A stretch of 32,000 nucleotides of DNA from Wallemia ichthyophaga EXF-994 (Eukaryota; Fungi; Basidiomycota): the NCBI RefSeq assembly GCF_000400465.1, contig NW_008806279.1, positions 146,107-178,106 on the forward strand, written 5' to 3'. Numbering within the stretch: the first letter of the stretch is position 1; each line of letters opens with the position of its first letter. Below are positions 8,552 through 19,457 of this stretch, one piece after another. The notes under the pieces are model-generated. The model was not told where the DNA came from. It ran no database searches and worked only from the letters and a program-made list of their open reading frames with translations. The position numbers were made by a program, and so were the translations under genes.

Positions 8552-11135
8552 ATGTCCTTCTCTAATCTAAAATCTATGATTAAATCTCTAAGGCAACAGA
8601 AAACTCTGGCTGATGAGAGGTCCCTCATTCAGCGTGAATCCGCAGCTATACGTACCGCTTTCAGGGAAGAAGATCACTTTATGAGACACGCCAACGTCGC
8701 TAAACTTATTTACATTCATATGCTTGGTTATCCCGCTCATTTCGGTCAGATTGAGTGCTTGAAACTAGCTGCTTCGTCGAAATTCATCGATAAGAGACTT
8801 GGTTACTTGGGAATTATGTTACTTCTCGATGAATCTCAGGAGGTCTTGACTTTGGTCACAAACAGCTTGAAGAATGACATGAATCATTCCAATATGTTCG
8901 TCGTTGGTCTCGCTTTGGCTACTTTTGCAAACATTTCTTCACAAGAAATGGCTAGAGACTTAGCACAAGAGGTTGAGAAGCTTTTATCCTCTACTAACTC
9001 CTACATACGTAAAAAAGCTGCCCTTTGTGCGATGCGTACTGTTAGGAAGCTCCCAGAGTTACACTACTACTACTTAAACCCAGCCAAATCCCTCCTCACC
9101 GATCGCAACCACGGCGTTCTCCTCTGTGCAGTCACTCTCATCACGAACATTGCTATCGCTCAACCTTCCACTCAATCTGACCTCAAGAAGGCTATACCAT
9201 TGCTCATCAGACAACTCAAGACTCTCATCACCCAGGGTTACAGTCCCGAGCATGATGTCTCCGGAATCACTGATCCCTTTTTACAAATCAAGATTCTTCA
9301 GCTCCTTCGCTTACTCTGCATCAACGATGTCGCCTCGTCTGAGTTAGTGAACGATATTCTCGCCCAAGTTGCAACCAATACCGATAATACCAAAAACGTG
9401 GGCAACTCCATCCTCTACGAAGCTGTCCTCTGTATTCTTGATATTGAAGCTGAATCTGGTTTGAGAGTGATGGCTATCAATATTCTCGGTAAATTCCTCG
9501 GCAACAAGGATAATAACATTAGATATGTTGCTCTCAACACCCTCAACAAGGTTGTCAGGATGGATACTCAAGCTGTACAGCGACACAGGAATATCATCAT
9601 TGATTGTTTACGCGATGGTGATGTATCTATACGTAGACGTGCACTTGAGCTCTCTTATGCGCTCATCAATCAATCCAACGTCAGAATGCTTACACGCGAA
9701 TTGCTTTCCTTCTTGGAGGTCTCAGATAATGAATTTAAGAACGGACTTACCTCGCAGATTTCTTTCGCTGCTGAGCGTTTCGCACCCAACAAGCGCTGGC
9801 ACATCGATACCATTCTCCGTATGCTCAAAGTAGTGAGTTGATATGTCTAATTAATGCAACACTGACTTATTACTGTTCAAGGCTGGCAACTATGTTCGTG
9901 AAGAAGTACTTTCTGCATTTGTGAGACTAGTATCACATACGCCGGAACTGCAAGCATATACGGTCCAAAAGCTATTTTCAGCACTACAAAAGGATGTTTC
10001 TCAAGAAGCGCTTACTTTGGCTGGATTGTGGACTATTGGAGAGTACGGCGATGTGCTTTTATCCGCAGGCAGCTACGAAGATGACGACCAAGTGAACCGA
10101 GTGACAGAGAATGACATCATCCAAGTGAGTGAAAAGAAATCAGTCCATGTTACAGAAAACGACATAGTTGAACTACTCGAATCGATCAACGCTTCACCAT
10201 ATGCCAACACGGTGATACGTCAGTATGTATTAGTGTCTGCAGCCAAGCTGTCTATCCGATTTGGGAAGACATTCAACGAGTCTCAAGATAAATTGCGCTG
10301 GCTAATAACATCGTATGAAACATCACCCGAGCTCGAACTGCAGCAACGTTCAATAGAATTCACACAGCTTCTCGATATGCCTGATTTGGTCGATGGGGTG
10401 TTGGAGCGGATGCCACCACCTGAGATTCGTGCATCCATTTTGGGTGGGACAGCGTCAGAAGCTAAGCCGGTCGGCAACACACGTTCTATAACGGATTCAT
10501 CGCTCGTGGATGTACTAGGTGACGAGTCGCCGAGTGTCGGTAATGGTAGTGGCAGTGCGGTTGCTGGTGGTGCTAGGGGTAATGCGCATGACCTGCTAGC
10601 TGATATATTTGGTACGGGTGAGTCACTTGGTGATGCGAGTGCAAGTTCGAGTGTGAGTGTTGGTGCAAATACACTTGTGCACCCGCAAGAGAAGTCGGAA
10701 AAGTCATCGGTGACCGACATAATGGGGCTTTTCGGACAAGCTGCTCCAGATGGCGATGAGAGCGAGAAGGCTAGCGAGGAGGTGAAGACGTACACAGCTT
10801 ACGACGCAAATGGACTGCTCATCACTCTCACACCCTCACCGGACGAAAGTAAGCGGAACATTGTGAACATCATGGCTACTTTTAGCGCGACAGGACTTGT
10901 CGAATGCGAAAAAGTAAATTTTCAGGCTGCTGTGCCCAAGTCTATGAAGCTGCAGATGCAGCCTATATCAAATACGACAGTGGGAACAGAGAGGGAAGAG
11001 ACGCAGCTGTTGCGTGTCATGGCACAGCCCCTACAGCATATACGCCTGCGGCTTCGCATCAGTTTTCAAGTTTCCGGAAGACAGGTGCAGAACCAGGTGG
11101 ATTTCTCGGAGCTTCCTAGTGATATATTGAAGTAG
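8552..11135 (+). CDS. APL4: AP-1 adaptor complex gamma subunit; intron 9833-9881
   Basis: [40 protein letters not shown]-like segment, ELQQRSIEF, and a C-terminal gamma-ear domain ([15 protein letters not shown]...RLRLRISF). The start is placed at ATG 8552 because the upstream part of the ORF-track ORF is antisense to MDM35. Confidence 0.95.
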
Positions 11136-11207
11136 AATCGATTATATTTTCGATATATTTTTTATACCTTTTTTTGTTTGCGTCTTGTGCTGTCACCACG
11201 AGCGATA

Positions 11208-14200
11208 ATGGAACCAGAAGAGAGGATAAAGAGCACACAGAGCACACTGCGCCAGAGAGGGCAAGTGGAAGTGGAAGAAGATGCAGATAACGCAATTAAC
11301 GCAGACGCACACACACACAGCGAGGAAATACTAGGCAAAACACCCGATGGGACCATGTTCGCAGTTCCTCCGACGGCTGATGTGATCTCGTCGCTATTCC
11401 ACCCGAAATACCCAAAGACGCACGTAGATATTCTTACACTGGCTATTCTCGGTCTCCAGGTACTTGGATTTGCATTGATGCCGCTGAGTACGAGCCGAGT
11501 GGTGTACCTCTACGTCTTTATCTTCTGGCGCTTATCGTACAATGTCGGGCTGGGCTGGGTGCTCTCACGCCAGTCGCGCTCGCAGTGGATAGTCAACTGG
11601 GTGAAGCAGCACGGCTTTCTCGATGCAAACAAGCGCCCGGCAATGCGAAACTGGGTGGAGAATCAAATAAAGACTAAAATGGGTCCAGGCTACAGCTTCG
11701 ATAAGTGTCCACCAGAGTTCAACACGTGGATATTTTTCCGCCACGCCGTCGATATCATCTTGTTGTCTGATTTCGTCGCGTATGTTTGCTTCGCTTGGGC
11801 TCATTGTCGTTTACCGACGGGACACGGCGTACTGTGGCATGTGCTGCGCTGGGCAGCTGGATGGACTATGATACTGTTCAATCTATGGGTCAAAATCGAT
11901 GCTCATCGTGTTATTCATGATTACGCTTGGTATTGGGGTGATACGTTTTTTCAACAAATCCAATCACTCAAGTTTGATGGCGTGTTTGAGCTCGCGCCAC
12001 ATCCCATGTATTCAATTGGATATGCTGGCTTTTATGGTCTTTCGCTGGTTGTGGGAAGCTATCAGGTGCTTTGCGTGTCGCTACTCGCACATGCTCTCCA
12101 ATTTGGCTTCCTTCTCTGGTTCGAGAATCCACATATCGAACGCACTTACGGCGAGCGGAAACCTCTGGCTGAGCGCGTACCATTTGCGTTGAGAGAGGAC
12201 ACTGTACACGCTGAGCACGCTGAGCACGACGCACACATCCCTCCTACACCTGCTGCCACAGACGCTACAACTGACACTGATACCGATGTCGACGAGTGCG
12301 TCACTCAGTTTGACGACAAGCCCACTCCCGCAACTAAGGTAGAAGGATACCCCCACTCACCCAACAATTTACACGACCTCGAACACAAATACTTCAGCCG
12401 CGATTTGATTATATTCAAGAACTTTGATGTGTTCAGATCGAATGACTTTTCAACAGCGCTCGTCGTGGCTTATGCAGTCGTAGGCTCATTCATGCCTAAT
12501 TTTAGCTACGGGACGAGTCTAACACTACACATAAGCCACGTAATCGCATGGCGTACTTTCCACTCAGTCGGCCTAGGATATTTGCTCAAAGCGCAGAGCG
12601 AAGAGAAGTATCTAATCAAGCATTATCTCAAGTACTATGCGCATGTCAATGCGAACGAAGCGAAACGGAGTGCATTTGATAGTTGGAAACGCGTATACAA
12701 TCTCTCGCTGATTATGGTCTATGTATCCTTTGTCGGCCTCGCGCTCAAGACGTACACTCTGCCTCAACAGTGGACAGTCGGAACTGAGTTGTTGAAGCAT
12801 GTTGTTGGGATACTATTGATAATCCTCCAAGTGTGGTGCTCTCTCGAAAGTCATGAGGTACTAGGCAACTTTGGGTGGTTTTTCGGCAATTTCTTCCTCG
12901 AGGAGTTTCCCTCGCGACTCAATTATACGGGCATATACCGCTACGTGAATGATCCAGAGCGGTCGATGGGTGGAGCGGCCCTGTTCGGTATCAGCCTGAT
13001 AAGTGGATCAGCGACGACATTCGCGCTGGCTGTTTTCAGCTATATTTTACACTGGTGGTTCTTGTCTTGCGTCGAAAACCCACATACAAAGAAGCTGTTC
13101 GGGAGTGGAGTGCGTACGACAGGTGGCGCCGCGCGTACTCTGACAAAGGCAGTGAAAGACGGCAGACGTCGCAGTAGCTCCTCCCTCTTCAACCAGAATT
13201 CGCTCGATCGGTTCGACCGCGTTGCTAAAGACGTACAGGGCCAGGTCCACAGAGTGTACGGAGAGACAGTGGACGTCGTCGAGGATTTCCTCAAGAGCGC
13301 TAAGCCGTCTGTTGACAAAATGGTGCAGGATACGCGCGTGCTGCTGCATCAGTCGCGCGAGCGGCTTGTGATTACGTGGGTTTGCACACGTGTGATGGAG
13401 AGTAGATTGACTGATATCTGACAGGCGCGTTGACAAGGATCTATCGGCGTACGATGTATCGAAATACTCTCTCAGTCTCAAACCTTCCATATCGCCACGC
13501 CAGCCTACCTCGTATCATCTTGTAAGTTGAGTGTGTGTGGTGAGTGAAGCCAACACCACTGACATGAACACGACCACCAGGGAGAGCCAATTGAAGTGGA
13601 GTGGACAGCACCTGCAAACCACTCGCGCAAGGACTGGATAGGTGTAGGTTTTATACGAGTGGTGATGTCCTTGCTTTGCTGACGAATCCCAATCCTCAGA
13701 TATATCGCGTTGGGGCTAATACAGATCATCTCGTTACACGTATTTCCTCACGTGGGAAATGGCAGCCGATCCACGATGGAGAGTTCGACGGCGCACGTCC
13801 TATTCCCGACAGACCGACGTCGCATGTCGGTAAGTCATCTGCAGCTGCAGCTACAGCCACGCAGGAAGAGGAAGGGCAGCGAGGAGTGGTTTCCTTCTGC
13901 TCGAATTCACTCCCGTGGAGTGTGGGTCGGTACGAGTTGCGCTACCACCATGCCGGCAAGCACAATGTGATGGCGTCTTGTGGTCCTCTCGAATTGTATG
14001 TCGACAAACCAACGGACGGGGATGATTTTGAAAGCGTTAGGAATACCCTGTCGCGTTGTGTCGCTTTCGCACTTAACTGTGACCCCGCTCTCGTGCCCGC
14101 GAGCAGCTGGCACCATCTGCCGGAAAACACCATACATTCATACCGCAGAAACACACCAGATGTTGATAGAGATGACGACGATATGGTCATCATGGATGAC

Positions 14201-14359
14201 GAACAGGCTAGAAGAATCGCAGTGGTCATTCGCGTCGCTTGCTCCGTTGATTTCACACCAAGCGTCGTCGTGGCTGATGCTAACCTGTCGCGATTGGCAC
14301 AGAGAGTGCTCGATACGAGGAGAGTATTGGGCATTGACGATGGAGAAGGGGATACGTGA
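11208..14359 (+). CDS. CHO2: Phosphatidylethanolamine N-methyltransferase; introns 13376-13424, 13522-13580, 13644-13699
   Basis: [14 protein letters not shown], two PEMT modules ([11 protein letters not shown]...[17 protein letters not shown]; FGWFFGNFF...[12 protein letters not shown]), and a C-terminal DWIGIYRVGAN...GRYELRYHH segment. Three GT-AG introns restore the frame. Confidence 0.93.
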
Positions 14360-14406
14360 AAATTTGACCTAGTTTCTATAAATGATAGATTGATAAATAA
14401 ATAATA

Positions 14407-15270
14407 TTACAATAACTTCCTCCTGCTCGCGGTACGCTGATAAGGACGTAGAACCCACTCAGTATCAGCAGCAGCGTTTTCAATAGTGCCTTGTTTTATT
14501 TCATACGGCTTCATTTCGAAACGCGGACCAACTTCAGCAAGTTGAACATCTTTGTGAGAGGTTTTTACATAGACGTGGTGTCTGAAGGAGATGAAATCAG
14601 CGTCATTGTAGAAAGTCATAACACGCTTAGCGTCTGGTTTTGGAGGGGGAAAGAGGAATTTGAGAGCGTTCATCACGCGGTTACCGAGTGAGGAAGAGAA
14701 ATTTTCAAAGATGAGATGAGGGAATTGCTCGGAGACAGTGCTATCCAAGGCACCGGCAAGGTCATGCCTAAGTTGAACGTTTGAGAGGGTGAAAGTGAGA
14801 GTTGGGCCATGTGGAAAGTGAGATAAGAGTAAAGCATCAGGTTTACCTCTAGTTTCGTGTAAAATGATCAAATCCGTTACGTTGTTGGCTCTGCAGGCGT
14901 CTGCGATTTCTTTGACGACGTAGTTACCTCTGTTAAAGCGTATAGAGTTAGGGAACACCAGTCTAAGTTCCTTTGAGAAGGTAGTTAACCTAGAGGAAGG
15001 GTCTCTGGCAGTTGTGATGAGAATTTTGGGATCATAAGTACCAGCTTTATTGTATTCATCGTCGAGGAGTTGAGTTGGATCAGATTGAGATTCATCGTAT
15101 CGCAATTCAGAGCCTAAGCCTTGAGCATCGTTTTGTAACTCCGTGGGCACCTTCCCAGAAGCCAGAGAAGATTTCAATTTCTGCTTTCTTTGATAAGATT
15201 CCTTCTCTTGAGCTTCTAAAGATTTCTTATAAATGAATTCTCTCCTTTGACGTGCTTGTCGACGAATCAT
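14407..15270 (-). CDS. IMP4: U3 snoRNP Brix-domain protein Imp4, intronless
   Basis: MIRRQARQRREFIYKK, DPKILITTARDPSSRL, RHHVY, LAEVGPRFEMKPYEI. Confidence 0.96.
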   Translation of the reverse strand: MIRRQARQRREFIYKKSLEAQEKESYQRKQKLKSSLASGKVPTELQNDAQGLGSELRYDESQSDPTQLLDDEYNKAGTYDPKILITTARDPSSRLTTFSKELRLVFPNSIRFNRGNYVVKEIADACRANNVTDLIILHETRGKPDALLLSHFPHGPTLTFTLSNVQLRHDLAGALDSTVSEQFPHLIFENFSSSLGNRVMNALKFLFPPPKPDAKRVMTFYNDADFISFRHHVYVKTSHKDVQLAEVGPRFEMKPYEIKQGTIENAAADTEWVLRPYQRTASRRKLL

Positions 15271-15294
15271 GGAGATGGAAGTTGAAGATTAACG

Positions 15295-15810
15295 ATGGAA
15301 TACTTGGAATTGAGAATTGGATTTATTGAGAGCTTAATTGGTAGTGAATCTAATGAAAATATCAAAATTCGATTAGAAAATATAATAAACACCGTGAAAT
15401 CAATAAAATTAGTCGATAACTTTCTTCATACGTTTGATAGTTATAAAGGTGTTTTAAATGGTGATTTAGATGATTCTATTTCAACTCAAGATAAATTAAC
15501 CTTGATAAATTTATTCGATAGCGATATACCCACCTTAGACTATAACTTAAGACAGATTGACTTGTTAAGTGAATTTAATGGTGATTTGGGCAATTTAATC
15601 AACAATTCAAACTTTATACGGGATTTAAACACACAACTCCAAGAGATATCCACTCAATTAGAAATCATTGAACCTAAACTTTATCATATCATCACAACGT
15701 ATAACAACTCAACTAATCAAACTTCAAATGAATTTATAAAGATAAACAACGATCTGAACATTTTAGATTTACAATTAAAGAGATTTGAATTTATGTATAA
15801 CTCTTCTTGA
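15295..15810 (+). CDS. AT-rich helical/coiled-coil protein, 171 aa; possibly a dynactin p24/p22 (DCTN3)-like subunit
   Basis: Open 171-codon frame filling the gap between IMP4 and CWC22. The pattern LELRIGFIESLIG...STQDKLTLI...YNNSTNQTSNEFIKIN resembles the DCTN3 layout as I recall it. The product name is inference. Confidence 0.6.
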   Translation: MEYLELRIGFIESLIGSESNENIKIRLENIINTVKSIKLVDNFLHTFDSYKGVLNGDLDDSISTQDKLTLINLFDSDIPTLDYNLRQIDLLSEFNGDLGNLINNSNFIRDLNTQLQEISTQLEIIEPKLYHIITTYNNSTNQTSNEFIKINNDLNILDLQLKRFEFMYNSS

Positions 15811-15829
15811 TCACGTACTATCATCAACC

Positions 15830-18079
15830 ATGTCCACTACTGAAACTCCCGAATTGAAGAGAAAGAGGTGAGTACTTTTTATACACCATTTGCACCATCC
15901 AACACGGCTTAGGTCAACATCACCAAATACCCACCAACAACACAAACCAATTAATCTCAACAATGAACTATCCACTCTAGGTTTGAATAGACCTACTGGT
16001 AGATACATTCCACGTCCAGTGCTCAAAGCCATGCTTGAACAACAATCCTTAGATTCATCCTCTGCAGATACTCAAAGATTGAAATGGGATCAACTTCGAA
16101 AATCTATAAATGGTCTCATAAACAAAGTAAACACTGGAAATATTAAACTTATCTCTCCTCAATTGTTTCAAGAGAATCTAATTAGAGGTCGTGGCTTATT
16201 CGCTAGATCTGTTATTAGAGCCCAGTCTTCTTCTCTCCCTTTTACTCCTATTTTCGCTGCTTTAGTTGCCATCATAAACTCTAAACTTCCTCAACTAGGC
16301 GAACTCTTAGTTCAACGTTTAATCAATCAATTTAGAAAATCTTATAGACGTAATGATAAACTTACGTGCAACGCGACCGTCATTTTCATTGCACACCTCG
16401 TTAATCAGTCCGTTATATCCGACGTGTTTGCTTTAGAATTAGCCCTTTTCCTTCTCTCTAAAGGTGGCGACGATGGCGTTGAAATTGCTGTTCAATATAT
16501 TCGTGAAGTTGGCGCTGCTTTACAAGAACGCGAACCTGCTATGAATAATCTCATCTACGAAGAACTCAGAAACCTTCTCCATGACGCTAACATTTCAAAA
16601 CGCGTTCAATATATGATTGAAGTTCTCTTTCAAATTCGCAAAGATAAATTCAAAGACAACGTCATCATCCCTCAAGACCTCGATCTCGTTGAAGAGGATG
16701 AACAGATTGTTCACGATATTGATTTCAATGCCCCGATCAACACTCAAGATGGTCTCAACATCTTCAAATTTGACCCCAATTATGAAGAAAATGAGGAAAA
16801 ATACGCCTCCATCCGTCACCAGATCTTAGGTTCATCAGATGAAGAAGAAGAAGAAGAGGAGGAGGAAGAGGGTGAAGAAGAGAATGATGCAGTTCAACCT
16901 CCAAACCAAGATGGTATTGTTGACCATACAGGCACCAATCTTGTTAACCTCCGCCGTACCATCTACCTAACGATAATGAATTCACTAGTATTTGATGAAG
17001 CTGTTCACAAACTAATGCGCATTCAAATACCACCTGGAGATGAAATTGAGTTATGCAACATGATAGTTGAGTGCTGCTCCCAAGAACGCACATATAACAA
17101 ATTCTACGGTCTTATAGGCGAGCGTTTCTCTAAAATCAATCGAATGTGGCAGGAATGTTTCCAAAAATCTTTCACAGGTTTTTACGACACAATCCACCGC
17201 TACGAAACTAACCGACTGCGCAACATAGCTCGTTTCTTCGGTCACCTATTTGCATCTGACGGTGTAAATTGGGGTTGTATGAATGTAATCAAGATAACCC
17301 AACAGGACACCACATCGAGCAGCAGAATATTCGTCAAAATTCTTTTCAATGAGATTGTCGAAATGATGGGTTTAAGTGACGCACGTAAACGATTTGCCGA
17401 CCCTGCTTTCAGACAAGACTTTAGCGGTCTCTTCCCAACTGACCACCCTGCCAATACACGCTTTGCCATCAATTACTTTACGGCTATTGGACTGGGTGCG
17501 ATAACAGAGGAGATGCGCGAGTATCTTAAACATGCTCCCAAGAATATACCACCACCTCAAACGCATGATGATGGAAGCGGCAGTGATAGTGATTCGAGCA
17601 GCGTTTTGAGTTCCAGTTCGTCGGATGTATCGTCAGTGTCTGCTGGAGAGAGGGATAGATATAGACCAAGATCGAGATCGAGATCTAGATCGCTGAGCAG
17701 ATCCCCAAGACGCCCACGCTCATACTCACGCTCACCATCACGCTCCCCTCCCAGGAGATACACTAGGTCCGTCTCGTCCTCCCCGCCTAGGAGGAGATAC
17801 GGCGGTGGGCGCACCAGTCGCTCGCCTTCACCGCGTAGACGCTACGATAACCGCCATGAATCGATGTCTCCTCCACCTTCACCGAGAAGACGTCCATATG
17901 CGGGCAGAGGTGGTTACGAATTGTCGAGGTCACCTCCGAGAAGAAGATACGACGATTCTCCAGCAGGCAGGAGGAATGACTCTCCACCACGTAGAAGATA
18001 TGATTCTCCACCACGTAGAAGATATGATTCGCCTCCACGTAGAAGATATGACTCACCTCCACGCAGATGGAGAGGGTGA
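15830..18079 (+). CDS. CWC22: Pre-mRNA splicing factor Cwc22 (MIF4G + MA3 + RS-like tail); intron 15868-15912
   Basis: GRYIPRP, WDQLRKSINGLINKVN, NLIRGRGLFARS, LVNLRRTIYLTIMNSL, ETNRLRNIARFFGHL, NTRFAINYFTAIGLG. The first exon MSTTETPELKRK splices in frame through a GTGAGT...TAG 45-nt intron. Confidence 0.96.
17978..18070 (+). repeat. 24-nt coding tandem repeat, about 4 copies (DSPPRRRY), in the Cwc22 tail
   Basis: Units at 17978, 18002, 18026 and 18050, e.g. gattctccaccacgtagaagatat. Confidence 0.9.
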
Positions 18080-18174
18080 TTGAGTAGCTTACTGGGTAAT
18101 TGAAAGTAGTGTAATTAACTTATCAATGCGTTTAATCATAATTCATTTGAACGGCTTGTTGCTGCCATACGCTC

Positions 18175-19409
18175 ATGTCTGCTCGAATACCCAAGACTAT
18201 TTTCTCAGGAATCCAGCCTACGGGAATACCCCATGTAAGGATGAGGCAGATGTTGAAGACGCAAGCTAATTAAGCAGCTGGGTAACTACCTCGGTGCGCT
18301 CAAGAACTGGAAGAAGCTTCAGGATAGCGAGGCAAGGGATACGCGGCTGATTTACTCAATAGTCGGCTATCACGCTATCACACTCCCACAGCAGCCAGGC
18401 ATATTGCGGCAAGAGAGGCGCGAAATGATGGCTGCATTGCTCGCTATCGGCTTGGATCCTCACCGGTCAATCATCTTCCATCAAGACCAAGTAAGTTTAC
18501 TGATGGATCTAAACAACACGCTAATTGCGTCACTTTCAAAGGTCGCGCAACACACAGAGCTCGCCTGGATTCTCAATTCGTTCACTCCGGTGAATAAATT
18601 GCAGCGGATGACGACGTGGAAGGTGGGTCGTGATCACTGCAAGGCTCTCAAAGCTCATTAAATCTGAATGGAATTCAGTCTAAAATTGCAACGCTGAAGA
18701 ACTCTAATGATGTCAGTGAGATTGACGACAGTACACTCAATCTTGGTCTGCTATCCTATCCAGTGTTGCAGGCGGCCGATATAATGTTGTACAAGTGGGT
18801 AACGCGCTGGTTTAAGCCTCCTAGTATAACACCCTCTCCAGAGCTACACATGTACCTGTCGGAGAAGACCAGCAACAACATCTTGAATTGACGCGCGATT
18901 TGGCTGAACATTTTAACAGGATCTTTAAATGTCGCAAGTTTTTCCCTTTACCAACTCACCTGATCACTCCCGCTTCTCGCATTCTGAACCTCCGAGATCC
19001 ACTGTCTAAGATGTCTAAATCTCATCCACTGCCCACTTCCCGCATAATGATAACAGATTCGGATAGAGAAATAGCTTCTAAAATCAAGTCTGCAGTGACT
19101 GATTCAGACAGTGGAATCAATTTCGATGCGTTGAACAGACCAGGTGTGAGTAATTTGCTCACTATCTTGGCAGATTGCGAAGAATCCACGCCTGAGAAAG
19201 TATCAATCGGTTTAGAAAACTCATCGCAACTGAAAGAGGCAGTGGCTGAGGCGCTTGTTCAATCACTCTCACCTATACGAGGTGCCTTCCATCGTCTGTC
19301 AAATGAGCATCACTATTTAGATGAACTGGCCAAAAAAGGTCAGAAGCAGGCTGCCTATATTGCCAGCGACACCATGAACCACGTTAAAAAGCACGTAGGA
19401 TTGGATTAA
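18175..19409 (+). CDS. MSW1: Mitochondrial (bacterial-type) tryptophanyl-tRNA synthetase; introns 18235-18277, 18491-18541, 18623-18678, 18795-18841
   Basis: IFSGIQPTG, HIGH-type HLGNYLGA across intron 1, YPVLQAADI, VPVGEDQQQHLEL, KMSKS. Four GT-AG introns restore the frame. Confidence 0.93.
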
Positions 19410-19457
19410 AATCAGTGTTATTTGTACAATAAGTTAGAATTTATAGAAGCATCTTGT

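Noticed and set aside
8158-14359. MDM35 and CHO2 as a phospholipid (PE/PC) gene cluster
   Set aside because: They are on opposite strands, separated by APL4, and sit among unrelated housekeeping genes, so adjacency in a compact genome is an adequate explanation.
17978-18070. Regularly spaced repeats as a CRISPR-like array
   Set aside because: They are spacer-less in-frame 24-nt coding repeats in the RS-like tail of Cwc22 in a eukaryote.
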